Source of the DNA: Candidatus Thorarchaeota archaeon
Lineage (GTDB): Archaea > Asgardarchaeota > Thorarchaeia > Thorarchaeales > Thorarchaeaceae
Length of the DNA: 64,000 bases
Assembly: GCA_016933575.1 (NCBI GenBank)
Contig: JAFGAR010000151.1
Coordinates: 64,001 to 128,000, forward strand
Direction: 5' to 3'
Shown: piece after piece, positions 28,751 through 38,481 of the stretch
Numbering within the stretch: the first letter of the stretch is position 1
Layout of the letters: each line of letters begins with the position of its first letter
Made by a program: the position numbers and the translations under genes
Notes under the pieces: generated by a model
Told to the model about the DNA's origin: nothing
The model's input: the letters and a program-made list of their open reading frames with translations, nothing else
The model's database searches: none

Positions 28751-31581
28751 CGGGTTACATCAGTGTGCGTAAGGCTGAGGAACATAACCTCAAGTCAATT
28801 GATGTAGATATTCCCAGAGACCGTCTCGTTGTAGTTACAGGCCCAAGCGGTTCCGGGAAGTCAACCCTTGTTCTTGACACCATCTTCGCAGAAGGTCAGA
28901 GAAGATATGTTGAGAGCCTCAGTTCCTATGCTAGAAGATTTCTCGGTCGACTCGATAAACCAAAAGTGGAAAAAATTTCTGGACTCCCACCAGCTATCTC
29001 TATCGAGCAGAAGGGTCGGACAAAGAATCCACGGTCCACAGTTTCAACAAGTACAGAGATTCATGACTATCTCAGACTCCTCTACGCAAACATAGGCATC
29101 GCTCATTGTGTAGAGTGCGGTCTTCCCATGGAACAACTCACCGCGGAATCTGCCGCGCGACTGCTCCTCGATGAGAATGGAGGTCAGAAGATACACATTC
29201 TCGCACCTGTTGTCTGTGGTGAGGTTGGAAAACACGAGGAATGCCTTGATGGACTGCACAAGAATGGTTTCGTACGTGTCCGCGTTGATGGCGAGATAAT
29301 GGATATCGACCAAGTTGATTTGGATGCTCGGAAGAAGCATGACATAGATGTGGTTATCGACAGACTGGAGTTGAATCAGAAGAATCGTGAACGATTAATT
29401 AGCTCTCTAGAAACTGCTCTGGAAACTGGTGATGGTAGAGCAATAGTATCACGAGAAGGAAATGATGAACTCACCTTTGCAGAACAGCTCATGTGTCCAA
29501 AGTGTGGGATACAATATGAGAAACTTGGCCCGAAGGCTTTCTCCTTCAATAGACCTGATGGTGCATGTCCTGTCTGTAATGGTCTTGGTGTGACAATGTC
29601 CATTGATTCTGAACTTGTCATCCCCGATAGAAGAATGACTGTACATGAGATAAGTCGACATATCAATGCAGGAGAACGAACCTGGTGGAACGAGCGTATT
29701 GTTGCTCTGGGAGAACTCCTCGGATTCACTATGGAGACCACATTCAATCAACTCAGTGAATCTCAGGCTGAGGCTCTTGTCTGGGGTCGCCCTGAGTACA
29801 CACTCAGTTATGTTCACGAGGGGGTTGACTCAACTTGGGAGATCACACGAAAATGGTACGGTCTCATTCCATGGCTTGAACGCATGTTTGACAGAGGAAA
29901 AAGTAGTGATAAGGCGTCACAACGATGGTGGGCTCAACGCATCGCAAATGAGTTCTCCCGAAAGACCGCATGTGAAGCATGCAATGGCAGAAAACTCAAA
30001 CCTGAGAACCTAGCAGTGACTGTGGCTGGAAAATCCATTGACCAGATCACTGCTATGACAATTGAAGGAGCAGCTGCATTCTTCGAGGGCATAACCCTTA
30101 CAGAACGAGAACAAAAGATTGCAGAACTTGTGCTTAAGGAAATCCGTGCGCGGCTCAATTTTCTTCTAGCAGTTGGTCTAGACTATCTTAGTCTTGACAG
30201 GTCATCCATGACGCTTTCTGGTGGTGAGAGCCAACGAATTCGTCTAGCCACACAGATTGGTTCTGCCTTAACTGGTGTCCTCTATTGTCTGGACGAACCA
30301 TCGATAGGTCTACATCCTCGAGATGTCGGAAAGCTCATTGACACCTTCTACCACCTGAGGTCTCTTGGCAACACTGTCATCGTCATTGAGCACGACCGTG
30401 ATACAATAACCGCTGCAGATCATCTCATCGACCTTGGCCCACTCGCTGGAGTGAATGGCGGAAGACTTGTGGCTGAGGGTCCACCCTCTGAGGTCCTTGC
30501 TGACCCGAAGTCCCTGACCGCTCAGTATCTTGCTGGGAAGCGACAGATACCCATTCCCAAGCACAGGCGAGAGGGGACAGGTAAGAAGATTACAATCCAT
30601 GGAGCACGGGTCAATAATCTGAAGAATATCGACGTAGACATTCCACTGGGGACACTCATCTGTGTATCCGGAGTTTCTGGCGCAGGAAAGAGCTCTCTTA
30701 CACATGAGATTCTCTACAAAGCACTGGCACAGAAGATAAACAAGGCTAGTGTTGTAGCCGGAAACCACGATTCGATCGAGGGTGTTGAGAACCTCGACAG
30801 GATGGTCCTTGTGGATCAAAGCCCGATTGGTAGGACGCCTCGGAGCAACCCTGCCACGTATACACAGACATTCGGTGGAATTCGCGAGCTCTTTGCAATG
30901 ATGCCTGAGGCTAAGGCACGAGGTTATGGTCCTGGCCGCTTCAGTTTTAACACACGCGAGGGTCGCTGTGAGAAGTGTAAAGGGAGTGGGGTCTTACAGG
31001 TTGAGATGCACTTCATGTCTGATGTGTTCATGACCTGTGATGTATGTAAAGGCAAACGCTTTGACAGAGAGACCCTTGAGGTCATGTACAAGAACAAGAA
31101 TATCACTCAGGTCTTGGGTCTGACAATCGATGAGGCTCTGGACTTCTTCAGTGACATTCCCAAGATTGCTGATAGATTGATCACCTTGGTCGATGTAGGA
31201 TTGGGTTATTTACAACTTGGACAACCAGCCACAACACTCTCTGGTGGAGAAGCCCAGCGCATGAAACTAGCTGCAGAGCTTGCTCGTACTGCTACAGGAA
31301 ACACACTCTATATCATGGACGAACCATCGACCGGTCTCTCAGCTTCGGATGTTCATGTACTACTTAATGTAGTCAATCGATTGGTAGATGCTGGAAATAC
31401 GGTTGTGATTGTCGAACACAATCTTGAAATCATCAAGACTGCCGACTGGGTGATTGATCTAGGTCCAGAGGGTGGCGATAATGGAGGCGAATTAGTTGTT
31501 GCTGGGACTCCAGAAAACATCATGAAGGCTAAGAAATCCTATACCGGAAAACATCTCAAAACGCTTCTCTTGGGCTCCTAA
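28747..31581 (+). CDS. uvrA: Excinuclease ABC subunit A (copy 2)
   Basis: GPSGSGKS, EGQRRYVESLS, LSGGESQRIRLATQIGS, GVSGAGKS, PIGRTPRSNPATY. Confidence 0.96.
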   Translation: MTGYISVRKAEEHNLKSIDVDIPRDRLVVVTGPSGSGKSTLVLDTIFAEGQRRYVESLSSYARRFLGRLDKPKVEKISGLPPAISIEQKGRTKNPRSTVSTSTEIHDYLRLLYANIGIAHCVECGLPMEQLTAESAARLLLDENGGQKIHILAPVVCGEVGKHEECLDGLHKNGFVRVRVDGEIMDIDQVDLDARKKHDIDVVIDRLELNQKNRERLISSLETALETGDGRAIVSREGNDELTFAEQLMCPKCGIQYEKLGPKAFSFNRPDGACPVCNGLGVTMSIDSELVIPDRRMTVHEISRHINAGERTWWNERIVALGELLGFTMETTFNQLSESQAEALVWGRPEYTLSYVHEGVDSTWEITRKWYGLIPWLERMFDRGKSSDKASQRWWAQRIANEFSRKTACEACNGRKLKPENLAVTVAGKSIDQITAMTIEGAAAFFEGITLTEREQKIAELVLKEIRARLNFLLAVGLDYLSLDRSSMTLSGGESQRIRLATQIGSALTGVLYCLDEPSIGLHPRDVGKLIDTFYHLRSLGNTVIVIEHDRDTITAADHLIDLGPLAGVNGGRLVAEGPPSEVLADPKSLTAQYLAGKRQIPIPKHRREGTGKKITIHGARVNNLKNIDVDIPLGTLICVSGVSGAGKSSLTHEILYKALAQKINKASVVAGNHDSIEGVENLDRMVLVDQSPIGRTPRSNPATYTQTFGGIRELFAMMPEAKARGYGPGRFSFNTREGRCEKCKGSGVLQVEMHFMSDVFMTCDVCKGKRFDRETLEVMYKNKNITQVLGLTIDEALDFFSDIPKIADRLITLVDVGLGYLQLGQPATTLSGGEAQRMKLAAELARTATGNTLYIMDEPSTGLSASDVHVLLNVVNRLVDAGNTVVIVEHNLEIIKTADWVIDLGPEGGDNGGELVVAGTPENIMKAKKSYTGKHLKTLLLGS

Positions 31582-31940
31582 GGTCTTCATGACGAATCGT
31601 TTTTGTACTTGGTCATAGTGCAACTTGTAGAAGCGCGCGCTATGCTTGCGATTTTTCGTCACATTCTTCTAATAATACCAATTCGATAATACAATTCCAT
31701 GATACATTAGCATCTTAAAGCATCTTGATTCGAATATAGATGGTTATATGACTCTATAAACAGAATTAAAGGTATCATAAATCTCTATCTATCTTTAAAG
31801 AATTTCATAATTCTTTTTTCAATTTGAAAATAAGGCGAATGATTTACCGAGAGTCATATATTAATGACTCCGGGGAAACCCTTACTGCTTGCTTTCGAGC
31901 AGAATCTCCGTGATTCGTCCGCCGGGAGGACCTACACGAA

Positions 31941-32438
31941 ATGATACAGCGAGAGGAAACATCAAAGACTTCACTGGACATCTCCAACGACCAGCCCTCT
32001 GCAGTAAGGGAGTCCGATTTACGTACTCGTCTACGAACCTTTCCTCGAGACGCACAATCTTGGTATTCACTTGGAGCTTATTTACGATTAGTTGGACGAT
32101 TTAATGAAGCTGAGGATGTACTGCGGAGGGCAATCTCTCTCAATCCTGGACCCTCTCATTTTTGGGAAGAACTTGCTCGTACTCTTATGGATCTAGGTAG
32201 GATTGATGAAGCCTACCAAATATACGATAGTTCAACACGAGGTAGATCATCCATCACAAAGGAGATTCAGGAGTTGAAACAGATGGAATCAAGTAGAACT
32301 CACGATATTGATGACACGTCTCCCTGTATCTCATGCAAAGATTATACCTACTATGGCTGCTCGAAAGGTGGGACTTGTGATGCTATTATTCGATGGCGGT
32401 CCCGAGCTCAGCACTTATCAATCCAGAATAGAACCTAA
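31941..32438 (+). CDS. TPR protein with C-terminal Cys cluster
   Basis: FPRDAQSWYSLG..AEDVLRRAISLNP; CISC..YYGCSKGGTC; SD GGAGG. Confidence 0.75.
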   Translation: MIQREETSKTSLDISNDQPSAVRESDLRTRLRTFPRDAQSWYSLGAYLRLVGRFNEAEDVLRRAISLNPGPSHFWEELARTLMDLGRIDEAYQIYDSSTRGRSSITKEIQELKQMESSRTHDIDDTSPCISCKDYTYYGCSKGGTCDAIIRWRSRAQHLSIQNRT

Positions 32439-32528
32439 AATCTGCGGAGAACCTGCATGTCCCTTCCGAATCACTGATTTGGCGGAGAGTTCTTCAGCAG
32501 TCAGCATTACAGATATGGATGATAAGAG

Positions 32529-34340
32529 ATGTTTGACCTTTCTAAACTCGTTAGCGATCTTCCCGATCAACCGGGAGTCTACCTTTGGAAGAACGAGAAA
32601 GGTGATATTCTTTATATTGGAAAAGCAAAGGCGCTTCGAAAGCGTGTCGGTTCCTACTTACGCACAAGGAGTCTTGTGCGTAGAACTTGGGAAATGATGC
32701 AACAAGCTCGAGACTTGGAGATAATAATCACAAACACAGATCGTGAAGCACTTGTTCTTGAGCAGACACTTATCAAGAAACATCAACCACGATACAATAT
32801 AGCTCTCAAGGATGACCGCCGCCATGCTTGGATACGGGTGAATCTTCAGGATTCCATTCCAACCTTTGAGATTACACGTGATACCGAAAAAGATGGTTCT
32901 ATCTATTTTGGCCCTTATGGGAGTACAAAACGATTAGAGAGGTTTCTTGATACAATTCGAAAGACCATACCTGTAGCAAACTGCAAAGAACCATGGAAGG
33001 TGAAACGTGCTTGTATGGACTATCACCTAGACCGATGTACTGGTCCGTGTGAAGGTCATATTGAATCTGAAGACTATTGCACTCTTGTTGAACAGATGTG
33101 TCTATACCTTGAAGGTCGATCGGAAGAGCTCACAAGCAATATTGAGGAACAGATGAAGAACGCCTCAGCTGAAATGCAGTTCGAAGCCGCTGCAGAGCTC
33201 CGTGACAGACTTACTGATATTGAGATAATAATGAGCCGACAGAAGGTAGTTGAGTTCGAAGGGATCAACCGAGATATCTTAGGTATTTCACGTACTGAAC
33301 AAGCAGCACTGGTAGAAATGCTCATTGTTCGTAATGGTCGTCTCATCGGTCAGGACAATTTCTATTTCGAAGTAGACCTCGAGGTAAAAGATGCCGAAGT
33401 TTTGACTGCTTTCATAGAACAATTCTATTTTGAAGCTCCTCGATTGCCCGATGAGATTGTTGTGCCATGCAAAATTCCTGAAATGGCGCAACTAAGCGAG
33501 TGGTTGAGTGAAACAAATGGTCATGATGTTCGAGTGACAGAACCTCTTGATGCACGAAGTACCGACCTTGTTGATATGGCAAACAAGAATGCTCATCGTG
33601 CACTTAGAAAGTTGTTGATACTTGGTGAGAGTGAAGAAGAGATTGTGAACGATGGTGTAAAGGAGTTAAAGGAAATTCTCAATCTAAGTCAAGCTCCAAT
33701 ACACATTGAAGGATTTGACATTGCCAATATCCAGGGAACAGATCCAACTGGTTCGTGCGTGGTCTTTAGAAATGGTGAACCCGATAACAAGAGATACAGA
33801 ATGTTCAGGGTAAGAGTGAAGGAGCGTCCTGATGATTATGCCATGATGCGAGAGGTTGTCTTCCGACGATACCGAGGTGTCTTAGAACGAGGTCATTCTC
33901 TCCCAGATTTAATACTGATTGATGGCGGGAAAGGACAACTCAATGTTGCCTTAGATGCACTCAAAGAATTAGGTCTGGAATATCTCCAAGTCGCTTCAGT
34001 TGCAAAAAAGGAGGAACGCGTTTTCACTCGAACTATTCCAGATGGTGTTGTCTTAGATTTAGGTTCTGATAGCCTTCATCTCATACAGAACATCAGAGAT
34101 GAAGCCCATAGATTTGCTCAAAAATATCACCACAAACTTAGAGAGAAGCGATTCAGTGGTTCCATTTTGGAAGAAGCACCTAGTATTGGACCCAAACGTC
34201 GCAAGGTTCTCATCGATAAGTTCGGTAGCTATGATGGAGTGATGAAGGCTTCAGTTGAACAGCTAGCCAAGGTCGAGGGGATGTCTGATTTTGCCGCAAA
34301 GAAATTGCGAGCTTGGCTTGATGCTCAAGACCAAGATTAG
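32529..34340 (+). CDS. uvrC: Excinuclease ABC subunit C
   Basis: GIY-YIG domain (PGVYL..LYIGKAK), Cys cluster, UVR domain, GFDIAN, DGGKGQL, RDEAHRFA, C-terminal HhH. Confidence 0.96.
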   Translation: MFDLSKLVSDLPDQPGVYLWKNEKGDILYIGKAKALRKRVGSYLRTRSLVRRTWEMMQQARDLEIIITNTDREALVLEQTLIKKHQPRYNIALKDDRRHAWIRVNLQDSIPTFEITRDTEKDGSIYFGPYGSTKRLERFLDTIRKTIPVANCKEPWKVKRACMDYHLDRCTGPCEGHIESEDYCTLVEQMCLYLEGRSEELTSNIEEQMKNASAEMQFEAAAELRDRLTDIEIIMSRQKVVEFEGINRDILGISRTEQAALVEMLIVRNGRLIGQDNFYFEVDLEVKDAEVLTAFIEQFYFEAPRLPDEIVVPCKIPEMAQLSEWLSETNGHDVRVTEPLDARSTDLVDMANKNAHRALRKLLILGESEEEIVNDGVKELKEILNLSQAPIHIEGFDIANIQGTDPTGSCVVFRNGEPDNKRYRMFRVRVKERPDDYAMMREVVFRRYRGVLERGHSLPDLILIDGGKGQLNVALDALKELGLEYLQVASVAKKEERVFTRTIPDGVVLDLGSDSLHLIQNIRDEAHRFAQKYHHKLREKRFSGSILEEAPSIGPKRRKVLIDKFGSYDGVMKASVEQLAKVEGMSDFAAKKLRAWLDAQDQD

Positions 34341-34422
34341 AATAGCAATCTAGTATTCCGGTAAAAAGAAATAATGGCTTGTATATTTATGATATCTGTA
34401 TTGAAGTAGTAAGTTGATTAGA

Positions 34423-34662
34423 ATGACAATCAAAGTCTTCCTTACAATCAATGTTGTTTCTGGTCGTGCTCGAGACATCCGTGATAAGATAAAGTCATTT
34501 CAAGAAGTCCGTCTAGTCTGTACTATTGATCATGGAACCTTTGATGTTGTTGCCTTTGTCGAAATTGAATCACTTGAAGATTATAGGACTTTTTCAATCG
34601 ATAAAGTTGGAAAGCTTCCTTATATCGAAGACTATACTTCTTTCATTACTCTGGATGGTTAG
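34423..34662 (+). CDS. Stand-alone Lrp/AsnC ligand-binding (RAM) domain protein
   Basis: VFLTINV..G...GTFDVVAFVE...YTSFI pattern. Confidence 0.75.
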   Translation: MTIKVFLTINVVSGRARDIRDKIKSFQEVRLVCTIDHGTFDVVAFVEIESLEDYRTFSIDKVGKLPYIEDYTSFITLDG

Positions 34663-34824
34663 TGAATCTTCAAAGGGGTTTTTGTGGTCTTTCGAAACAG
34701 TTTATAAAAAACAATAGAACGTAGAATTTCGTTCTCAAAAAGTCAGACCCCGAAATTTAAATGGGAATGCGTGAGGGTTTGCGACGTGGGACTCATATAG
34801 ATGTCCCGAAAAGATGTGGTCTAA

Positions 34825-35007
34825 ATGATCTGGAAAGTAACTGACGCATGTACAGCATGTGGCACCTGCGCAGACGTTTGTCCCGTTGATCCCACCCTAT
34901 ATGTGGTCAACGACAAAGCTGTGTATCAAGTTGCTCGTGCTGACGAATGCACTGAATGTTATGCATGTGTTGATAGTTGCCCCGAAGGCGCTATCGAAGA
35001 AGCATAA
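34825..35007 (+). CDS. 2[4Fe-4S] ferredoxin
   Basis: CTACGTCADVCP and CTECYACVDSCP. Confidence 0.92.
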   Translation: MIWKVTDACTACGTCADVCPVDPTLYVVNDKAVYQVARADECTECYACVDSCPEGAIEEA

Positions 35008-35051
35008 TACCAGTGATTGTGCTTACCCTTGCTATTGAGCGAGGGGTGGAG

Positions 35052-35110
35052 TGACAGGAGTACTCTCTTTAACAAGAGGGTGTTCCTGTCAGTGATTCCT
35101 CTTTTTCTTA
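35052..35110 (+). terminator. Long 18-bp hairpin plus U-rich tract downstream of the ferredoxin gene
   Basis: TGACAGGAGTACTCTCTT/AAGAGGGTGTTCCTGTCA (with G-U pairs). Confidence 0.55.
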
Positions 35111-35121
35111 TTCTAACATTT

Positions 35122-35382
35122 TTAATCTTTCACCAGAAATGGCTCACCAAGGATTGAGTCAAAGAACTGCCTAAGGGATTTATCATGAATCGTCACGCGT
35201 ACTTGAGCAACATCATCAGATTCCGGATCGTATGTTCCAATAACTCGCTCTATCTGAGAATCATCCTCACCTGAAAGAATAGTACGTGCTTCATCAACTT
35301 CTTGGTGAAGTGAGAACTTTTCACGTATCTGGTCCATACTTGCCTTGTAACTATCTGGTTTGATTTTGTAGAAGAGTCTCAT
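35122..35382 (-). CDS. Small hypothetical protein
   Basis: Probable start ATG 35382 (MRLFYKIK) with SD GGAG. Confidence 0.65.
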   Translation of the reverse strand: MRLFYKIKPDSYKASMDQIREKFSLHQEVDEARTILSGEDDSQIERVIGTYDPESDDVAQVRVTIHDKSLRQFFDSILGEPFLVKD

Positions 35383-35485
35383 AGGTCTATCTCCTGTATC
35401 TATGGTTAAATAATAATACGCGCAGGAAGGTATAAGTGATTTAGTCTTATAGACTAAGTGCATTGCAAGTCGGGAGGATTTTGAC

Positions 35486-37114
35486 TTGATTAATTACCAC
35501 CACAAAATGATTAGCATTCTGATGCTTACCTTACTGATTTCAGGTTTCATTCCTCTTGTGATGTCTCCAACGATTTCATTTGAGAGCCCGGGACAAGTCT
35601 ATGCTCCTTCTGCTTTCACATGGGAGACATTCAACAAGAATATGAACGTGACAACATTTGTTTCTCCGGACGGTAGTCATGATGCCCTCTGGCACTTTCT
35701 TAACTCCGCTCAAGAGAGTATCTATGTGGAGATCTTTGGTATTAATAATCCATACTTATTAGATCTCATCCATGATCTTCATGCGACTAAACCCTCGCTT
35801 GAGATGAAGTTCTTGATTGGTTGGAACAGCCTTGGATACTATAGTCCTAACGATTACGTAGCGAACAATCTGACACTTCTTGGATATCCTGTGAAATGGA
35901 CGAGTGACACTGAATTTACTTATGCTCATCAGAAGTTTGTGATCATTGATAATAAGACAACTATTGTTCATTCTGGCAACTGGGCAAAGACAAGCTTCCC
36001 AGAGGATGGCATGAAAGCGAACAGAGAATGGAGCATTGCAATGACTGATACTGAAGTTACAAGTTACTACCGTGATGTCTTTGATTATGATTGGAGTAAT
36101 GGTATCGATTATGATGCAGGTACCCATGGAACTGGCGACCCACTCTCATACTCCGAATCTACGAGTACCTACACCCGCCCCTTTGCTACACCTGGCACAT
36201 TTAGTGGTTCAATGAATGTGACTCCAATATTCAGCCCTGATACAAGTCTTCAGGGAATCCTGTATTGCATCAATATTGCACAGGCAACACTCGACATTCA
36301 AATCCCATACTTTACAAGCTATCTGGATGCTGGTGAAGTTGATCAAGTAGTAACTGCAATTATCGCTGCCAAAGAACGAGGAGTTACTGTCCGTGTGATC
36401 ACCGAAGAGGAATATGATTTTCTCGAGATTGCTGAGCTCTTTGGAGAACACAACATTCCAATTGTCTGGCAGGATACACGGTGGTTCACTGCAAATCATA
36501 ACAAAGGTATCATCGTTGACGGAAGGATAGTCCTCATTAGCAGCATAAACTACAGCGATGGAAGTATTTCTGAAAACCGTGAGGCTGGTGTGATCATTGA
36601 GCACGAAGGTATTGCCCAATGGTTTCAAGAAGTATACGACTTTGATTGGGGCATTGCAGACTGCGATGAGATGAATGAAGTCAATCTCTACTGGAATCCA
36701 AATATCCCAACGAGTACTACTCCAATCAATGTGACAGTTTACGCTCACATGCTCTTTTCTGAACCTGTTACTAATGTCAAACTTGGTGTCAAGATTGGTT
36801 CTGGAAGTTGGGCTAATTACACCATCTTCAGTAATGTCTTTGAGTCTTCTGAAGGTGACCTCGAGAACTACTTTTACGTTATCTCACCTCAAGCTGATGG
36901 GACAAACATCACTGTTCAGGCATCAGTAGAGGCTGGTGGAGTCTGGCATGTTGGTGAAGAGATGGTGATTAGGGTTCGAAACTCAATTGGTTCTGGAACA
37001 ACAACCACGACTACAGTTGATTCCCTCACCCAATTACTAGTGGAACTTGCACCATACATTGCACTAGCAGTAGTAGCAGCGATTGGTGGAATTTGCGTCA
37101 AGAAAAAGCGATAG
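35486..37114 (+). CDS. Surface-anchored phospholipase D-family protein (two HKD motifs)
   Basis: HQKFVIID..SGNW and HNKGIIVD..SINY; signal peptide; Thr linker, C-terminal TM helix, KKKR tail. Confidence 0.88.
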   Translation: MINYHHKMISILMLTLLISGFIPLVMSPTISFESPGQVYAPSAFTWETFNKNMNVTTFVSPDGSHDALWHFLNSAQESIYVEIFGINNPYLLDLIHDLHATKPSLEMKFLIGWNSLGYYSPNDYVANNLTLLGYPVKWTSDTEFTYAHQKFVIIDNKTTIVHSGNWAKTSFPEDGMKANREWSIAMTDTEVTSYYRDVFDYDWSNGIDYDAGTHGTGDPLSYSESTSTYTRPFATPGTFSGSMNVTPIFSPDTSLQGILYCINIAQATLDIQIPYFTSYLDAGEVDQVVTAIIAAKERGVTVRVITEEEYDFLEIAELFGEHNIPIVWQDTRWFTANHNKGIIVDGRIVLISSINYSDGSISENREAGVIIEHEGIAQWFQEVYDFDWGIADCDEMNEVNLYWNPNIPTSTTPINVTVYAHMLFSEPVTNVKLGVKIGSGSWANYTIFSNVFESSEGDLENYFYVISPQADGTNITVQASVEAGGVWHVGEEMVIRVRNSIGSGTTTTTTVDSLTQLLVELAPYIALAVVAAIGGICVKKKR

Positions 37115-37143
37115 TTGTGTACTGAAAATTACATGATACTGTA

Positions 37144-37175
37144 AAGGGGTCTGTGCGACCCCTTCAACATTTTTT
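37144..37175. terminator. Hairpin between convergent genes
   Basis: AAGGGGTC/GACCCCTT followed by a T-run. Confidence 0.6.
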
Positions 37176-37779
37176 ACGAGTTCTCTGCCATTTCTGCAAA
37201 CTTGTAGCAACTATCAGCATCTTGCATCTCGCCACGTTTCTCATGAAGTCCTGCTGCTATTCGATAAGCTCTAGCAACAGCAGCCCAATTTTCTTGAGCG
37301 TCTAGACAGAGAGCAAGTGCTTTCCAAGTCTTAGGGTCTCCTGATTCATATTTGATAGCTTCATTATACGAATCGATTGCTTCTTGAATCCGTAATAGAC
37401 TCTCGAGCGCTCTTGCCTTCTTTATCCAGAGTTCTGCACTCTTTGGTACCAATTTTATTCCCGCATCTGCAGTATCATTTGCTTCTTCAAAAGCACCTAC
37501 GGTCAAATGAGCCTCTGCTTTATTGGAGTGACCTCTATAGTCTTTGGGATCAATATCAATTGCTAGATCAAAGGCGATAATTGCATCCATCTGCTCACCG
37601 ATATGAATGTGAGTTAGACCCAGCTCATTCAATACGTCAAGATTATTCGGTTCTAACTCGAGAGCTTTCCGATAAACCTCGATGGCTTTCTTATTCATTC
37701 CTTGTTGCCGCAGAGTTCGAGCCTTACTAACTAGCTCTTTTAAGGTCAATCCTTCCAAAGACATAATTGATTTTGTCAT
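37174..37779 (-). CDS. TPR protein
   Basis: About 5 TPR units (AIEVYRKALELEPNN, AIDIDPKD, AIDSYNEAIKY). Confidence 0.88.
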   Translation of the reverse strand: MTKSIMSLEGLTLKELVSKARTLRQQGMNKKAIEVYRKALELEPNNLDVLNELGLTHIHIGEQMDAIIAFDLAIDIDPKDYRGHSNKAEAHLTVGAFEEANDTADAGIKLVPKSAELWIKKARALESLLRIQEAIDSYNEAIKYESGDPKTWKALALCLDAQENWAAVARAYRIAAGLHEKRGEMQDADSCYKFAEMAENS

Positions 37780-37920
37780 TCATGTCGTTTTAATCATTCT
37801 TAGGTTAAATAGGTCAGAAATTCGTGGAATATACTCGTCGAGCAATAGAATCTATCAGACAATAAGGATTTTAACGGAGCCATTCCCCCTCCTGTTACCC
37901 TAAATCGTGAGGAAACACGG

Positions 37921-38475
37921 ATGAAGAGAGACGACGACACATTCTTCGAAGATGACTATGATGAAGAGGATGAAGAAGAAGAGGAAGATACCTTCCCAGA
38001 TGAGGATGAAGTAGAAGAAGTGGATGAAGACGATTACGAAGAATTCGAAGATGTATTCGAACAACCAAAAGAACGATTCATAGGATTTATGCAAGATCCA
38101 TGGCCAAGGGTAGTGTTCGTCCTGACACTAATTGGATTAGGGATTGTTCTATTTACGCCTCATGATACTTGGCGAGCTTTTGGATACTTTATTCTTGGTA
38201 TCTATTTCCTATGGGTCATGGTTGGAGTGGCATTTGTCTTCTCAATAATGACTTGGAACCGTGCTGGTACGCATAGATTGCGATGGGCGGCACCAACCAA
38301 TATCCTTGTAGTATTGGCCTGTGGTGGACTAGGATCCGTAGACACAGCAAGTTGGATCATTCAAGGAAGTGGATTCCTTGACACACCAATAATCTCACTC
38401 TGCTTTGTGTTGGTCCTATTCTCACTGTATACACTATGGTTGGTCCAGAGAAGTTTTGGGCCTCAGAATCGCTAA
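37921..38475 (+). CDS. Membrane protein (4 TM) with highly acidic N-terminus
   Basis: About 45-aa D/E tract followed by 4 hydrophobic helices. Confidence 0.75.
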   Translation: MKRDDDTFFEDDYDEEDEEEEEDTFPDEDEVEEVDEDDYEEFEDVFEQPKERFIGFMQDPWPRVVFVLTLIGLGIVLFTPHDTWRAFGYFILGIYFLWVMVGVAFVFSIMTWNRAGTHRLRWAAPTNILVVLACGGLGSVDTASWIIQGSGFLDTPIISLCFVLVLFSLYTLWLVQRSFGPQNR

Positions 38476-38481
38476 GCAAAG

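Noticed and set aside
24657-31106. Numerous 60-170 aa antisense or alternate-frame ORFs inside uvrB and uvrA (and similar ones inside other genes)
   Set aside because: Shadow ORFs of well-supported genes; no independent motifs
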